Positions 46,490 to 61,300 of a stretch of 64,000 nucleotides of DNA are shown in pieces. Source of the stretch: Squalus acanthias (Eukaryota); NCBI GenBank assembly GCA_030390025.1, contig JASTWF010000418.1:310001-374000 (forward strand), given 5' to 3'. Positions within the stretch are counted from its first letter, which is position 1. Every line of letters starts with the position of its first letter. The notes beneath the pieces were generated by a model, which saw only the letters and a list, made by a program, of their open reading frames with translations, searched no databases and was not told where the DNA came from. The position numbers and the translations under genes were made by a program.

Positions 46490-49340
46490 TTACCCAGTGC
46501 TGTACCTGCCCTGCGAGTGTTTGATGGGACAGTGTAGAGGGAGCTTTACTCTGTATCTAACCCGTGCTGTACCTGCTCTGGGAGTGTTTGATGGGACAGT
46601 GTAGAGGGAGCTTTACTCTGTATCTAACCCCGTGCTGTACCTGCCCTGGGAGTGTTTGATGGGACAGTGTAGAGGGAGCTTTACTCTGTATCTAACCCGT
46701 GCTGTACCTGCCCTGGGAGTGTTTGATGGGACAGTGTAGAGGGAGCTTTACTCTGTATCTAACCCGTGCTGTACCTGCCCTGGGAGTGTTTGATGGGACA
46801 GTGTAGAGGGAGCTTTACTCTGTATCTAACCCGTCCTGTACCTGCCCTGGGAGTGTTTGATGGGACAGTGTAGAGGGAGCTTTACTCTGTATCTAACCCG
46901 TGCTGTCCCTGCCCTGGGAGTGTTTGATGGGAGAGTGTAGAGGGAGCTTTACTCTGTGTCTAACCCGTGCTATACCTGCCCTGGGAGTGTTTGATGGGAC
47001 AGTGTAGAGGGAGCTTTACTCTGTATCTAACCAGTGCTGTATCTGCCCTGAGAGTGTTTGATGGGACAGTGTAGAGGGAGCTTTACTCTGTATCTAACCC
47101 GTGCTGTACCTGCCCTGGGAGTGTTTGATGGGACAGTGTAGAGGGAGCTTTACTCTGTATCTAACCCATGCTGTACCTGCCCTGGGAGTGTTTGATGGTC
47201 ATGATGCGGAGATGCCGGTGTTGGACTGAGAGGTCGCACAACACCAGGTTATAGTCCAACAGTTTTATTTGAAATCACAAGCTTTCGGAGCTTACTATTC
47301 CTTCGTCGGGTGAAGTAAAAAGATACAGAATCGCCAAAGCATATATAGATAGAGAACAATGCATGTGTACCTTACAATTGCAGACAACTAAATTAAATCA
47401 TCCTGACTATCTGCCGAGGTGTGATAAAGTTAATCAGGTCAGCCAGGAAGGTACCACATCAAAGACATAGCAAGATACAACTGAGACAATGAGGTGGAGT
47501 CGCAGGGGGTCTAACGTGTCAAAAGCTGCCGTCTGTATGTAAAACGATAAGCTTTAGAATTTTTACTTTTTTACTGGGAAAATTTTTACTTTTTACTGGG
47601 AATCACATCTGTGAACAAGCCAACGACGACTCGAGTCCGGATCACGTCATGTATCGTGACATACACCCAAGATCCCGGTTGAGACCGTCTTCATGAGTGC
47701 GGAACTTGGCTATCAGTTTCTGCTCGATGATTTTGCGTTGTCGTGTGTTCCTAAGGTTGCCTTGGAGAACGCTTACCCGCAGATCCGAGGCTGAATGTCC
47801 TTGACTGCTGAAGTGTTCCCCGACTGGGAGGTAACAATCCTGCCTGGCGATTGTTGCGCGGTGCTCGTTCATACGTTGTCTCAGTGTCTGCATGGTCTCG
47901 CCGATGTACCATGCCGCGGTGCATTCTTTCCTGCAACGTATGAGGTAGACAACGTTGGCCGAGTCACATGAGTATGTACCATGTACCTGTTGGGTAGTGT
48001 CCTCACGTGTGATGGTGGTATCTGTGTTGATGATCTGGCATGTCTTGCAGAGTTTGCCGTGGCAGGGTTGTGTGGTGTCGTGGTCGCTGTTATCCTGAAA
48101 GCTGGGTAATTTGCTGCGAACGATGGTACTTCTGAGGTTAGGCGGCTGTTTGAAGGCAAGTAGTGGAGGCGTGGGGATGGCCTTAGCGAGGTGTTTGTCG
48201 TCATCGATGACATGTTGAAGGCTGCGAAGAACATGGCGTAGTTTCTCCGCTCCGGGGAAGTACTGGACGACGTAGGGTACCCTATCTGTACATCGCCTCT
48301 CAGTGTTTGATGGGACAGTGTAGAGGAAGCTTTACTCTGTATCTAACCCGTGCTGTACCTGCCCTGGGAGTGTTTGATGGGACAGTGTAGAGGGAGCTTT
48401 ACTCTGTATCTAACGCGTGCTGTACCTGCCCTGGGAGTGTTTGATGGGACAGTGTAGAGGGAGCTTTACTCTGTATCTAACCCGTGCTGTACCTGCCCTG
48501 GGAGTGTTTGTGGGACAGTGTAGAGGGAGTTTTACTCTGTATCTAACCCGTGCTGTACCTGCCCTGGGAGTGTTTGATGGGACAGTGTAGAGGGAGCTTT
48601 ACTCTGTATCTAAACCCGTGCTGTACCTGCCCTGGGAATGTTTGATGGGAATATGTAGAGGGAGCTTTACTCTGTGTCTAACCACGTGCTGTACCTGCCC
48701 TGGGAGTGTTTGATGGGGACAGTGTAGAGGGAGCTTTACTCTGTATCTAAACCCGTGCTGTACCTGCCCTGAGAGTGTTTGATGGGACAGTGTAGAGGGA
48801 GCTTTACTCTGTATCTAACCCCGTGCTGCATCTGCCCTGGGAGTGGTTGACGGGACAGTGTAGAGGGAGCTTTACTCTGTATCTAACCCGTGCTGTACCT
48901 GCCCTGGGATTGTTTGATGGGACAGTGTCGAGGGAGCTTCTCTCAGTATGCACCCCGTGCTGTACCTGCCCTGGGAGTGTTTGATGTGACAGTGTAGAGG
49001 GAGCTTTACTCTGCATCTAACCCGTGCTGTATCTGCCCTGGGAGTGTTTGATTGGACAATGTAGAGGGAGCTTTACTCTGTATCTAACCCGTGCTGTACC
49101 TGCCCTGGGAGTGTTTGATGGGACAGTGTTGAGGGAACTTTACTCTGTATCTAACCCCGTGCTGTACCTGCCCTGGGAGTGTTTGACGGGACAGTGTAGA
49201 GGGAGATTTACTCTGTATCTAACCCGTGCTGTACCTGCCCTGGGAGTGTTTGATGGGACAGTGTAGAGGGAGCTTTACTCTGTATCTAACCCGTGCTGTA
49301 CCTGCCCTGGGAGTGTTTGATGGGACAGTGTCGAGGGAGC
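46490..49340. repeat. 67-bp satellite interrupted by a Penelope-like element
   Basis: Same unit as 18361-21210. Confidence 0.95.
47199..48301 (-). mobile_element. Penelope-like retroelement 3' fragment (GIY-YIG endonuclease region)
   Basis: YIGETMQTLRQRMNEH..PVGEHFS..R...EQKLI.KFRT...GLNRD. Flanked by a 12-bp duplication AGTGTTTGATGG. Confidence 0.8.
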
Positions 49341-52300
49341 TTCTCTCAGTATGCTCCCCATGCTTTAGCTGGCCTCCATATGAAACTGTTTCTCTCTATC
49401 TACCCGATCAAATCCTTTAATTATCTGAAATCCCTTGATTAGATCTTCCATTTATTTTCAATACTTAAGGGAATACAAGCCTCGTCTGAGCAAACTCTCC
49501 TCATAATCTTCACTCCTGTATTAGAGTTATAAACTCCCTTCCCCTTCCTCCCCGTTCCTGCGATGTCAGTTTATTTTTTATAATTACTAGTCTTTCCAAA
49601 CTTCCTGGGTGTAGTTCCAAACATTGCTTACACATTACCCGTGACTGTTGCAAGTGGATGTGAAGGGTACAGTGCGAGATATTATTGCAATACTGCAACA
49701 GCTGGGGGATGTTAAATATCCTGACACACGATTTAATAACTAACAGTCTCTCAAAGAAAGAGTGAAATCCTTTTAATAGCGCGGCAGTCCGTACCTCAGG
49801 ATCTTCGAAAGAAGTTCACAGCCGTTGAAGTAGTACTGTTAGCCTGAGGGCAACCAGTCTTCACACAGCAAGATCCCACGAGCAGTCAATGAGATGGAGT
49901 CCCCAGCTAATTTCCTTCGTACTGTTGATCGATCGATGAATTATGGTCGCTAAACACCATGGGGATTTCTCCCTGCTCTTCTCTGTTACTGTCCCTGGTT
50001 CCTAACACCCAACTCAAGAAGGGGACAGGGTCACGGTTTAAAGTCTCATCCGAAAGACGGCGACTCCGATAGCGCGACGCTCCCTCAGTACTGCCCCTCC
50101 GACAGTGCAGCGCTCCCTCAGTACTGCCCCTCCGACAGTGCAGCGCTCCCTCAGTACTGCCCCTCCGAAAGTGCAGCGCTCCCTCAGTACTTCCCCTCCG
50201 ACAGTGCAGCGCTCCCTCAGTACTGCCCCTCCGACAGTGCTGCGCTCCTTCAGTACTGGCCCTCTGACAGTGTGGCACTCCCTCAGTACTGCCCCTCCGA
50301 CAGTGCGGCGCTCCCTCACTATCGTCCCCCCGAAAGTGCGGCGTCCCTCTGTGCAGCCCCTCCGACAGTGCGGCTCTCCCTCAATACTGCCCCTCCGACA
50401 GTGTGACAACCCCTCAGGACTGCCCCTCCGACAGTGCAGCGTTCCCTCAGTACTGCCCCTCTGAAAGAGCAGCACTCCCTCAGCACTGCCCCTCTGACAG
50501 TGCAGCGCTCCCTCAGTACTGACCCTCCGACAGTGCAGCGCTCCCTCAGTACTGCCCCTCTGACAATGGGGCGCTCCTTCTGTACTGCCCCTCCAACAGT
50601 GCAGCGCTCCCTCAGTACTGCCCCTCCGACAGTGCAGCGCTCCCTCAGTACTGCCCCTCTGACAATGGGGCGTTACTTCTGTACTGCCCCTCCAACAGTG
50701 TAGCGCTCCCTCAGTACTGCCCCTCCGACAGTGCAGAGCTCCCTCAGTACTGCCCCTCTGAAAGTGCAGCACTCCCTCAGTACAGCCCCTGCGACAGTGC
50801 AGCGCTCCCTCAGTACTGCACCTCTGACAATGGGGCACTCCTTCTGTACTGCCCCTCCAAAAGTGCAGCGTTCCCTCAGTACTGCCCCTCTGACAGTGCA
50901 ACGCTCCCTCAATACTGCCCCTCCGACAGTGCAGCACTCCCTCACTACTGCCCCTCTGAAAGTGCAGCACTCCCTCAGTACTGCCCCTCCGACAGTGCAG
51001 CGCTCCATCAGTACTGCCCCTCCGACAGTGCAGAGCTCCATCAGTACTGCCCCTCCGACAGTGCAGCGCTCCATCAGTACTGCCCCTCCGACAGTGCAGC
51101 GCTCCATCAGTACTGCCCCTCCGACAGTGCAGTGCTCCATCAGTACTGCCCCTCTGACAGTGCAGCGCTCCCTCACTACTGCCCTGGGAGTGTTTGATGG
51201 ACAGTGTAGAGGGAGCTTTACTCTGTATCTAACCCCGTGCTGTACCTGCCCTGGGAGTGTTTGATCGGACAGTTTAGTGGGAGCTTTACTCTGTATCTAA
51301 CCCGTGCTGTACTTGCCCTGGCAGTGTTTGACGGGACAGTGTAGAGGGAGCTTCTCTCAGTATGCACCCCGTGCTGTACCTGCCCTGGGAGAGTTTGACC
51401 GGACAGTGTAGAGGGAGCTTTACTCTGTATCTAAGTGCTGTACCTGCCCTGGGATTTTTTGATGGGACAGTGTAGAAGGAGCTTTACTCTGTATCTAACC
51501 CGTGCTGTACCTGCCCTGGGAGTGTTTGACGGGACAGTGTAGAGGGAGCTTTACTCTGTATCTAACCCGTGCTGTACCTGCCCTGGGAGTGTTTGATGGG
51601 ACAATGTAGAGGGAGCTTTACTCTGTATCTAACCCGTGCTGTACCTGCCCTGGGAGTGTTTGATGGGACAGTGCAGAGGGAGCTTTACTCAGTTTGCACC
51701 CCGTGCTGTAGCTGGCCTCCAAATGAGACAGTTTCTCTCTGTCTACCCTGTCAAATCCTTTAATTATCTGAAATCCCTCGATTAGATCTTCCATTTATTT
51801 TCAATACTTAAGGGAATACAAGCCTCGTCTGAGCAAACTGTCCTCATAATCTTCACTCCAGTATTAGCGTTATAAACTCCCTGCCCCTTCCTCCTCGTTC
51901 CTGCGATGTCAGTTTATTTTTTAATAATTACTAGTCTTGCCAAACTTCCTGGGTGTAGTTCCAAACATTGCTGACACATTACCCGTGACTGTTGCAAGTG
52001 GAAGTGAAGGGTACAGTGCGAGATATTATTGCAATACTGCAACAGCTGGGGGATGTTAAATATGCTGACACACGATTTAATAACTAACAGTCTCTCAAAG
52101 AAAGAGTGAAATCCTATTAATAGCGCAGCAGTCCGTACCTGAGGATCCTCGAAAGAAGTTCACAGCCGTTGAAGTAGTATTGTTAGCCTGAGGGCAACCA
52201 GTCTTCACACAGCAAGATCCCACGAGCAGTCAATGAGATGGAGTCCCCAGCTAATTTCCTTCGTACTGTTGATCGATCGATGAATTATGGTCGCTAAACA

Positions 52301-55300
52301 CCATGGGGATTTCTCCCTGCTCTTCTCTGATACTGTCCCTGGTTCCTAACACCCAACTCAAGAAGGGGACAGGGTCACTGTTTAAAGTCTCATCCGAAAG
52401 ACGGCGACTCCGATAGCGCGACGCTCCCTCAGTACTGCCCCTCCGAAAGTGCAGCGCTCCCTCAGTACTGCCCCTCCGACAGTGCAGCGCTCCCTCAGTA
52501 CTGCCCCTCCGACAGTGCAGCGCTCCCTCAGTACTGCCCCTCCGACAGTGCAGCGCTCCCTCAGTACTGCCCCTCCGACAGTGCAGCGCTCCGTCAGTAC
52601 TGCCCCTCCGACAGTGCAGCGCTCCCTCAGTACTGACCCTCCGACAGTGCAGCGCTCCCTCAGTACTTCCCCTCCGACAGTGCTGCGCTCCTTCAGTACT
52701 GGCCCTCTGACAGTGTGGCACTCCCTCAGTACTGCCCCTCCGACAGTGCGGCGCTCCCTCACTATCGTCCCCCCGAAAGTGCGGCGTCCCTCTGTGCAGC
52801 CCCTCCGACAGTGCGGCGCTCCCTCAGTACTGCCCCTCTGAAAGAGCAGCACTCCCTCAGCACTGCCCCTCTGACAGTGCAGCGCTCCCTCAATACTGCC
52901 CCTCCGACAGTGTGACAACCCCTCAGGACTGCCCCTCCGACAGTGCAGCGTTCCCTCAGTACTGCCCCTCTGAAAGAGCAGCACTCCCTCAGCACTGCCC
53001 CTCTGACAGTGCAGCGCTCCCTCAGTACTGCCCCTCCGACAGTGTGACAACCCCTCAGGACTGCCCCTCCGACAGTGCAGCGTTCCCTCAGTACTGCCCT
53101 TCTGAAAGTGCAGCACTCTCTCAGTACTGCCCCTCTGACAGTGCAGCGCTCCCTCAGTACTGCCCTTCTGAAAGTGCAGCACTCTCTCAGTACTGCCCCT
53201 CTGACAGTGCAGCGCTCCCTCAGTACTGCCCCTCCGACAGTGTGACAACCCCTCAGGACTGCCCCTCGCTAAACACCATGGGGATTTCTCCCTGCTCTTC
53301 TCCGATACTGTCCCTGGTTCCTAACACCCAACTCAAGAAGGGGACAGGGTCACGGTTTAAAGTCTCATCCGAAAGACGGCGACTCCGATAGCGCAAAGCT
53401 CCCTCAGTACTGCCCCTCCGACAGTGCAGCGCTCCCTCAGTACTGCCCCTCCGACAGTGCAGCGCCCCCTCAGTACTGCTCCTCCGACAGTACAGCGCTC
53501 CCTCAGTACTGCCCCTCCGAAAGTGGAGCACTCCCTCAGTACTGCCCCACCGACAGTGCAGCACTCCCTCAGTACTGGCCCTCCGACAGTGCGGCGCTCC
53601 CTCAGTACTGACCCTCTGACAGTGCAGCGCTCCCTCAGTACTGCCCCTCTGACAGTGTGGCGCTACCTCAGTACCGCCCCTCCGTTATTGCGGCGTCCCT
53701 CAGTGCAGCCCCTCCGACAGTGCAGCGCTCCATCAGTACTGCCCCTCCGACAGTGCAGCGCTCCATCAGTACTGCCCCTCCGACAGTGCAGTGCTCCATC
53801 AGTACTGCCCCTCTGACAGTGCAGCGCTCCCTCAGTACTGCCCTGGGAGTGTTTGATGGGACAGTGTAGAGGGAGCTTTACTCTATCTAACCCGTGCTTT
53901 ACCTGCACTGGGAGTGTTTGATGGGTCAGTGTAGAGGGAGCTTTACTCTGTATCGAACCCCGTGCTGTACCTGCCCTGGGAGTGTATGATAGGACAGTGT
54001 AGAGGGAGCTTTACTCTGTATCTAACCCGTGCTGTACCTGCCCTGGGAGTGTTTGATGGGACAGTGTAGAGGGAGCTTCACTCTGTATCTAACCCTTGCT
54101 CTATTGCCCTGGGAGTGTTTGATGGGACAGTGTAGAGGGAGCTTTACTCTGTGTCTAACCCCGTGCTGTACCTGCCCTGGGAGTGTTTGATGGGAAAGTG
54201 CAGAGGGAGCTTTACTCTGTATCTAACCCCGTGCTGTACCTGCCCAGGGAGTGTTTGATGGGACAGTGTAGAGGGTGCTTTACTCTCTATCTAACCCGTG
54301 CAGTACATGCCCTGGGAGTGTTTGATGGGACAGTGTAGAGGGAGCTTTACTCTGTATCTAACCTGTGCTGTACCTGCACTGGGAGTGTTTGATGGGAAAG
54401 TGTAGAGGGAGCTTTACTTTGTATCTAACCCTTGCTATACCTGCCCTGGGAGTGTTAGATGGGACAGTGTAGAGGGAGTTTTACTCTGTATCTAACCCGT
54501 GCTATACCTACCCTGGGAGTGTTTGATGGAACATTTTAGAGGGAGATTTACTCTGTATCTAATCCGTGCTGTACTTGCCCAGGGAGTGTTTAATGGGACA
54601 GTGTAGAGGGAGCTTTACTCTGTATCTAACCCGTGCTGTACCTGCCCTGGGAGTGTTTGATGGGACAGTAGAGGGTTCTTTACTCTGTATCTAACCCCGT
54701 GCTGTACCTGCCCTGGGAGTGTTTGATGGGACAGTGTGGAGGTAGCTTTACTCTGTATCTAACCCGTGCTGTACCTGCCCTGGGAGTGTTTGATGGGACA
54801 GTGTAGAGGGACCTTTACTCTGTATCTAACCCGTGCTGTACCTGTCCTGGGAGTGTTTGATGGGACAGTGTAGAGGGAGCTTTACTCTGTATCTAACCCT
54901 GTGCTGTACCTGCCCTGGGAGTGTTTGATGGGACAGTGTAGTGGGAGCTTTACTCTGTATCTAACCCGTGCTGTACCTGCCCTGGGAGTGTTTGATCGGA
55001 CAGTGCAGAGGGAGCGTTGCTCTGTATTTAACCCGTGCTGTACCTGCCCTGGGAGTGTTTGATGGGACAGTGTAGAGGGAGCTTTACTCTGTATCTAACC
55101 CGTGCTGTACCTGCCCTGGGTGTGTTTGATGGGACAGTGTAGAGGGAGCTTCTCTCAGTATGCACCCCGTGCTGTCCCTGCCCTGGGAGTGTTTGATGGG
55201 ACAGTGTAGAGGGAGCTTTACTCTGTGTCTAACCCCGTGCTGTACCTGCCCTGGGAGTGTTTGTGGGACAGTGTAGAGGGAGCTTTACTCTGTATCTAAC

Positions 55301-58300
55301 CCGTGCTGTACCTGCCCTGGGAGTGTTTGATGGGAAAGTGCAGAGGGAGCATTACTCTGTATCTAACCCCGTGCTGTACCTGCCCTGGGAGTGCTGGATG
55401 GGACAGTGTAGAGGGTGCTTTACTCTCTATCTAACCCGTGCAGTACATGCCCTGGGAGTGTTTGATGGGACAGTGTAGAGGGAGCTTTACTCTGTATCTA
55501 ACCCGTGCTGTACCTGCCCTGGGAGTGTTTGATGGGACAGTGTAGAGGGAGCTTTACTCTGTATCTAACCCCGTGCTGTACCTGCCCTGGGAGTGTTTGA
55601 TGGGGACAGTGTAGAGGGAGCTTTACTCTGTATCTAACCTGTGCTGTACCTGCCCTGGGAGTGTTTGACGGGACAGTGTAGAGGGAGCTTTACTCTGTAT
55701 CTAACCCGTGCTGTACCTGCCCTGCGAGTGTTTGATGGGACAGTGTAGAGGGAGCTTTACTCTGTATCTAACCCGTGCTGTACCTGCCCTGGGAGTGTTT
55801 GACGGGACAGTGTAGAGGGAGCTTCTCTCAGTATGCACCCCGTGCTGTAGCTAGCCTCCATCTGAAACAGTTTCTCTCTATCTACCCGATCAAATCCTTT
55901 AATTATCTGAAATCCCTCGATTAGATCTGCCATTTATTTTCAATACTTAATGGAATACAAGCCTCGTCTGAGCAAACTGTCCTCATAATCTTCACTCCAG
56001 TATTAGCGTTATAAACTCCCTGCCCCTTCCTCCTCGTTCCTGCGATGTCAGTTTATTTATTAATAATTACTAGTCTTGCCAAACTTCCTGGGTGTATTTC
56101 CAAACATTGCTGACACATTACCCGTGACTGTTGCAAGTGGAAGTGAAGGGTACAGTGCGAGATATTATTGCAATACTGCAACAGCTGGGGGATGTTAAAT
56201 ATCCTGACACACGATTTATTAACTAACAGTCTCTCAAAGAAAGAGTGAAATCCTATTAATAGCGCAGCAGTCCGTACCTCAAGATCTTCGAAAGAAGTTC
56301 ACAGCCGTTGAAGTAGTACTGTTAGCCTGAGGGCAACCAGTCTTCACACAGCAAGATCCCACGAGCAGTCAATGAGATGGAGTCCCCAGCTAATTTCCTT
56401 CGTACTGTTGATCGATCGATGAATTATGGTCGCTAAACACCATGGGGATTTCTCCCTGCTCTTCTCTGATACTGTCCCTGGTTCCTAACACCCAACTCAA
56501 GAAGGGGACAGGGTCACGGTTTAAAGTCTCATCCGAAAGACGGCGACTCCGATAGCGCGACGCTCCCTCAGTACTGCCCCTTCGACAGTGCAGCGCTCCC
56601 TCAGTACTGCCCCTCCGAAAGTGCAGCGCTCCCTCAGTACTTCCCCTCCGACAGTGCAGCGCTCCCTCAGTACTGCCCCTCCGACAGTGCTGCGCTCCTT
56701 CAGTACTGGCCCTCTGACAGTGTGGCACTCCCTCAGTACTGCCCCTCCGACAGTGCGGCGCTCCCTCACTATCGTCCCCCCGAAAGTGCGGCGTCCCTCT
56801 GTGCAGCCCCTCCGACAGTGCGGCTCTCCCTCAATACTGCCCCTCCGACAGTGTGACAACCCCTCAGGACTGCCCCTCCGACAGTGCAGCGTTCCCTCAG
56901 TACTGCCCCTCTGAAAGAACAGCACTCCCTCAGTACTGCCCCTCTGACAGTGCAGCGCTCCCTCAGTACTGACCCTCCGACAGTGCAGCGCTCCCTCAGT
57001 ACTGCCACTCTGACAATGGGGCGCTCCTTCTGTACTGCCCCTCCAACAGTGCAGCGCTCCCTCAGTACTGCCCCTCCGACAGTGCAGCGCTCCCTCAGTA
57101 CTGCCCCTCTGACAATGGGGCGTTACTTCTGTACTGCCCCTCCAACAGTGTAGCGCTCCCTCAGTACTGCCCCTCCGACAGTGCAGCGCTCCCTCAGTAC
57201 TGCCCCTCTGAAAGTGCAGCACTCCCTCAGTACAGCCCCTGCGACAGTGCAGCGCTCCCTCAGTACTGCACCTCTGACAATGGGGCACTCCTTCTGTACT
57301 GCCCCTCCAAAAGTGCAGCGTTCCCTCAGTACTGCCCCTCTGAAAGTGCAGCACTCCCTCAGTACTGCCCCTCCGACAGTGCAGCGTTCCATCAGTACTG
57401 CCCCTCCGACAGTGCAGAGCTCCATCAGTACTGCCCCTCCGACAGTGCAGCGCACCATCAGTACTGCCCCTCCAACAGTGCAGCGCTCCATCAGTACTGC
57501 CCCTCCGACAGTGCAGTGCTCCATCAGTACTGCCCCTCTGACAGTGCAGCGCTCCCTCACTACTGCCCTGGGAGTGTTTGATGGACAGTGTAGAGGGAGC
57601 TTTACTCTGTATCTAACCCCGTGCTGTACCTGCCCTGGGAGTGTTTGATCGGACAGTTTAGTGGGAGCTTTACTCTGTATCTAACCCGTGCTGTACTTGC
57701 TCTGGCAGTGTTTGACGGGACAGTGTAGAGGGAGCTTCTCTCAGTATGCACCCCGTGCTGTACCTGCCCTGGGAGAGTTTGACCGGACAGTGTAGAGGGA
57801 GCTTTACTCTGTATCTAAGTGCTGTACCTGCCCTGGGATTTTTTGATGGGACAGTGTAGAAGGAGCTTTACTCTGTATCTAACCCGTGCTGTACCTGCCC
57901 TGGGAGTGTTTGACGGGACAGTGTAGAGGGAGCTTTACTCTGTATCTAACCCGTGCTGTACCTGCCCTGGGAGTGTTTGATGGGACAGTGTAGAGGGAGC
58001 TTTACTCTGTATCTAACCCCGTGCTGTACCTGCCCTGGGAGGTTTGATGGGGACAGTGTAGAGGGAGCTTTACTCTATATCTAACCCGTGCTGTACCTGC
58101 CCTGGGAGTGTTTGACGGGACAGTGTAGAGGGAGCTTTACTCTGTATCTAACCCGTGCTGTACCTGCCCTGGGAGTGTTTGATGGGACAGTGTAGAGGGA
58201 GCTTTACTCTGTATCTAACCCGTGCTGTACCTGCCCTGCGAGTGTTTGATGGGACAGTGTAGAGGGAGCTTTACTCTGTATCTAACCCGTGCTGTACCTG

Positions 58301-61300
58301 CCCTGGGAGTGTTTGACGGGACAATGTAGAGGGAGCTTTACTCTGTATCTAACCCGTGCTGTACCTGCCCTGGGAGTGTTTGATGGGACAGTGCAGAGGG
58401 AGCTTTACTCAGTTTGCACCCCGTGCTGTAGCTGGCCTCCAAATGAGACAGTTTCTCTCTGTCTACCCTGTCAAATCCTTTAATTATCTGAAATCCCTCG
58501 ATTAGATCTTCCATTTATTTTCAATACTTAAGGGAATACAAGCCTCGTCTGAGCAAACTGTCCTCATAATCTTCACTCCAGTATTAGCGTTATAAACTCC
58601 CTGCCCCTTCCTCCTCGTTCCTGCGATGTCAGTTTATTTATTAATAATTACTAGTCTTGCCAAACTTCCTGGGTGTAGTTCCAAACATTGCTGACACATT
58701 ACCCGTGACTGTTGCAAGTGGAAGTGAAGGGTACAGTGCGAGATATTATTGCAATACTGCAACAGCTGGGGGATGTTAAATATGCTGACACACGATTTAA
58801 TAACTGACAGTCTCTCAAAGAAAGAGTGAAATCCTATTAATAGCGCAGCAGTCCGTACCTGAGGATCCTCGAAAGAAGTTCACAGCCGTTGAAGTAGTAT
58901 TGTTAGCCTGAGGGCAACCAGTCTTCACACAGCAAGATCCCACGAGCAGTCAATGAGATGGAGTCCCCAGCTAATTTCCTTCGTACTGTTGATCGATCGA
59001 TGAATTATGGTCGCTAAACACCATGGGGATTTCTCCCTGCTCTTCTCTGATACTGTCCCTGGTTCCTAACACCCAACTCAAGAAGGGGACAGGGTCACGG
59101 TTTAAAGTCTCATCCGAAAGACGGCGACTCCGATAGCGCGACGCTCCCTCAGTACTGCCCCTCCGACAGTGCAGCGCTCCCTCAGTACTGCCCCTCCGAC
59201 AGTGCAGCGCTCCCTCAGTACTGCCCCTCCGAAAGTGCAGCGCTCCCTCAGTACTTCCCCTCCGACAGTGCAGCGCTCCCTCAGTACTGCCCCTCCGACA
59301 GTGCTGCGCTCCTTCAGTACTGGCCCTCTGACAGTGTGGCACTCCCTCAGTACTGCCCCTCCGACAGTGCGGCGCTCCCTCACTATCGTCCCCCCGAAAG
59401 TGCGGCGTCCCTCTGTGCAGCCCCTCCGACAGTGCGGCTCTCCCTCAATACTGCCCCTCCGACAGTGTGACAACCCCTCAGGACTGCCCCTCCGACAGTG
59501 CAGCGTTCCCTCAGTACTGCCCCTCTGAAAGAGCAGCACTCCCTCAGCACTGCCCCTCTGACAGTGCAGCGCTCCCTCAGTACTGCCCCTCCGACAGTGT
59601 GACAACCCCTCAGGACTGCCCCTCCGACAGTGCAGCGTTCCCTCAGTACTGCCCTTCTGAAAGTGCAGCACTCTCTCAGTACTGCCCCTCTGACAGTGCA
59701 GCGCTCCCTCAGTACTGCCCTTCTGAAAGTGCAGCACTCTCTCAGTACTGCCCCTCTGACAGTGCAGCGCTCCCTCAGTACTGCCCCTCCGACAGTGTGA
59801 CAACCCCTCAGGACTGCGCCTCGCTAAACACCATGGGGATTTCTCCCTGCTCTTCTCCGATACTGTCCCTGGTTCCTAACACCCAACTCAAGAAGGGGAC
59901 AGGGTCACGGTTTAAAGTCTCATCCGAAAGACGGCGACTCCGATAGCGCAAAGCTCCCTCAGTACTGCCCCTCCGACAGTGCAGCGCTCCCTCAGTACTG
60001 CCCCTCCGATAGTGCAGCGCCCCCTCAGTACTGCTCCTTCGACAGTACAGCGCTCCCTCAGTACTGCCCCTCCGAAAGTGGAGCACTCCCTCAGTACTGC
60101 CCCACCGACAGTGCAGCACTCCCTCAGTACTGGCCCTCCGACAGTGCGGCGCTCCCTCAGTACTGACCCTCTGACAGTGCAGCGCTCCCTCAGTACTGCC
60201 CCTCTGACAGTGTGGCGCTACCTCAGTACCGCCCCTCCGTTATTGCGGCGTCCCTCAGTGCAGCCCCTCCGACAGTGCAGCGCTCCATCAGTACTGCCCC
60301 TCCGACAGTGCAGCGCTCCATCAGTACTGCCCCTCCGACAGTGCAGTGCTCCATCAGTACTGCCCCTCTGACAGTGCAGCGCTCCCTCAGTACTGCCCTG
60401 GGAGTGTTTGATGGGACAGTGTAGAGGGAGCTTTACTCTATCTAACCCGTGCTTTACCTGCACTGGGAGTGTTTGATGGGTCAGTGTAGAGGGAGCTTTA
60501 CTCTGTATCGAACCCCGTGCTGTACCTGCCCTGGGAGTGTATGATAGGACAGTGTAGAGGGAGCTTTACTCTGTATCTAACCCGTGCTGTACCTGCCCTG
60601 GGAGTGTTTGATGGGACAGTGTAGAGGGAGCTTCACTCTGTATCTAACCCTTGCTCTATTGCCCTGGGAGTGTTTGATGGGACAGTCTAGAGGGAGCTTT
60701 ACTCTGTATCTAACCCGTGCTGTACCAGCCTTGGGAGTGTTTGATGGGACAGTGTAGAGGGAGCTTTACTCTGTGTCTAACCCCGTGCTGTACCTGCCCT
60801 GGGAGTGTTTGATGGGAAAGTGCAGAGGGAGCTTTACTCTGTATCTAACCCCGTGCTGTACCTGCCCAGGGAGTGTTTGATGGGACAGTGTAGAGGGTGC
60901 TTTACTCTCTATCTAACCCGTGCAGTACATGCCCTGGGAGTGTTTGATGGGACAGTGTAGAGGGAGCTTTACTCTGTATCTAACCTGTGCTGTACCTGCA
61001 CTGGGAGTGTTTGATGGGAAAGTGTAGAGGGAGCTTTACTTTGTATCTAACCCTTGCTATACCTGCCCTGGGAGTGTTAGATGGGACAGTGTAGAGGGAG
61101 TTTTACTCTGTATCTAACCCGTGCTATACCTACCCTGGGAGTGTTTGATGGGACATTTTAGAGGGAGATTTACTCTGTATCTAATCCGTGCTGTACTTGC
61201 CCAGGGAGTGTTTAATGGGACAGTGTAGAGGGAGCTTTACTCTGTATCTAACCCGTGCTGTACCTGCCCTGGGAGTGTTTGATGGGACAGTAGAGGGTTC

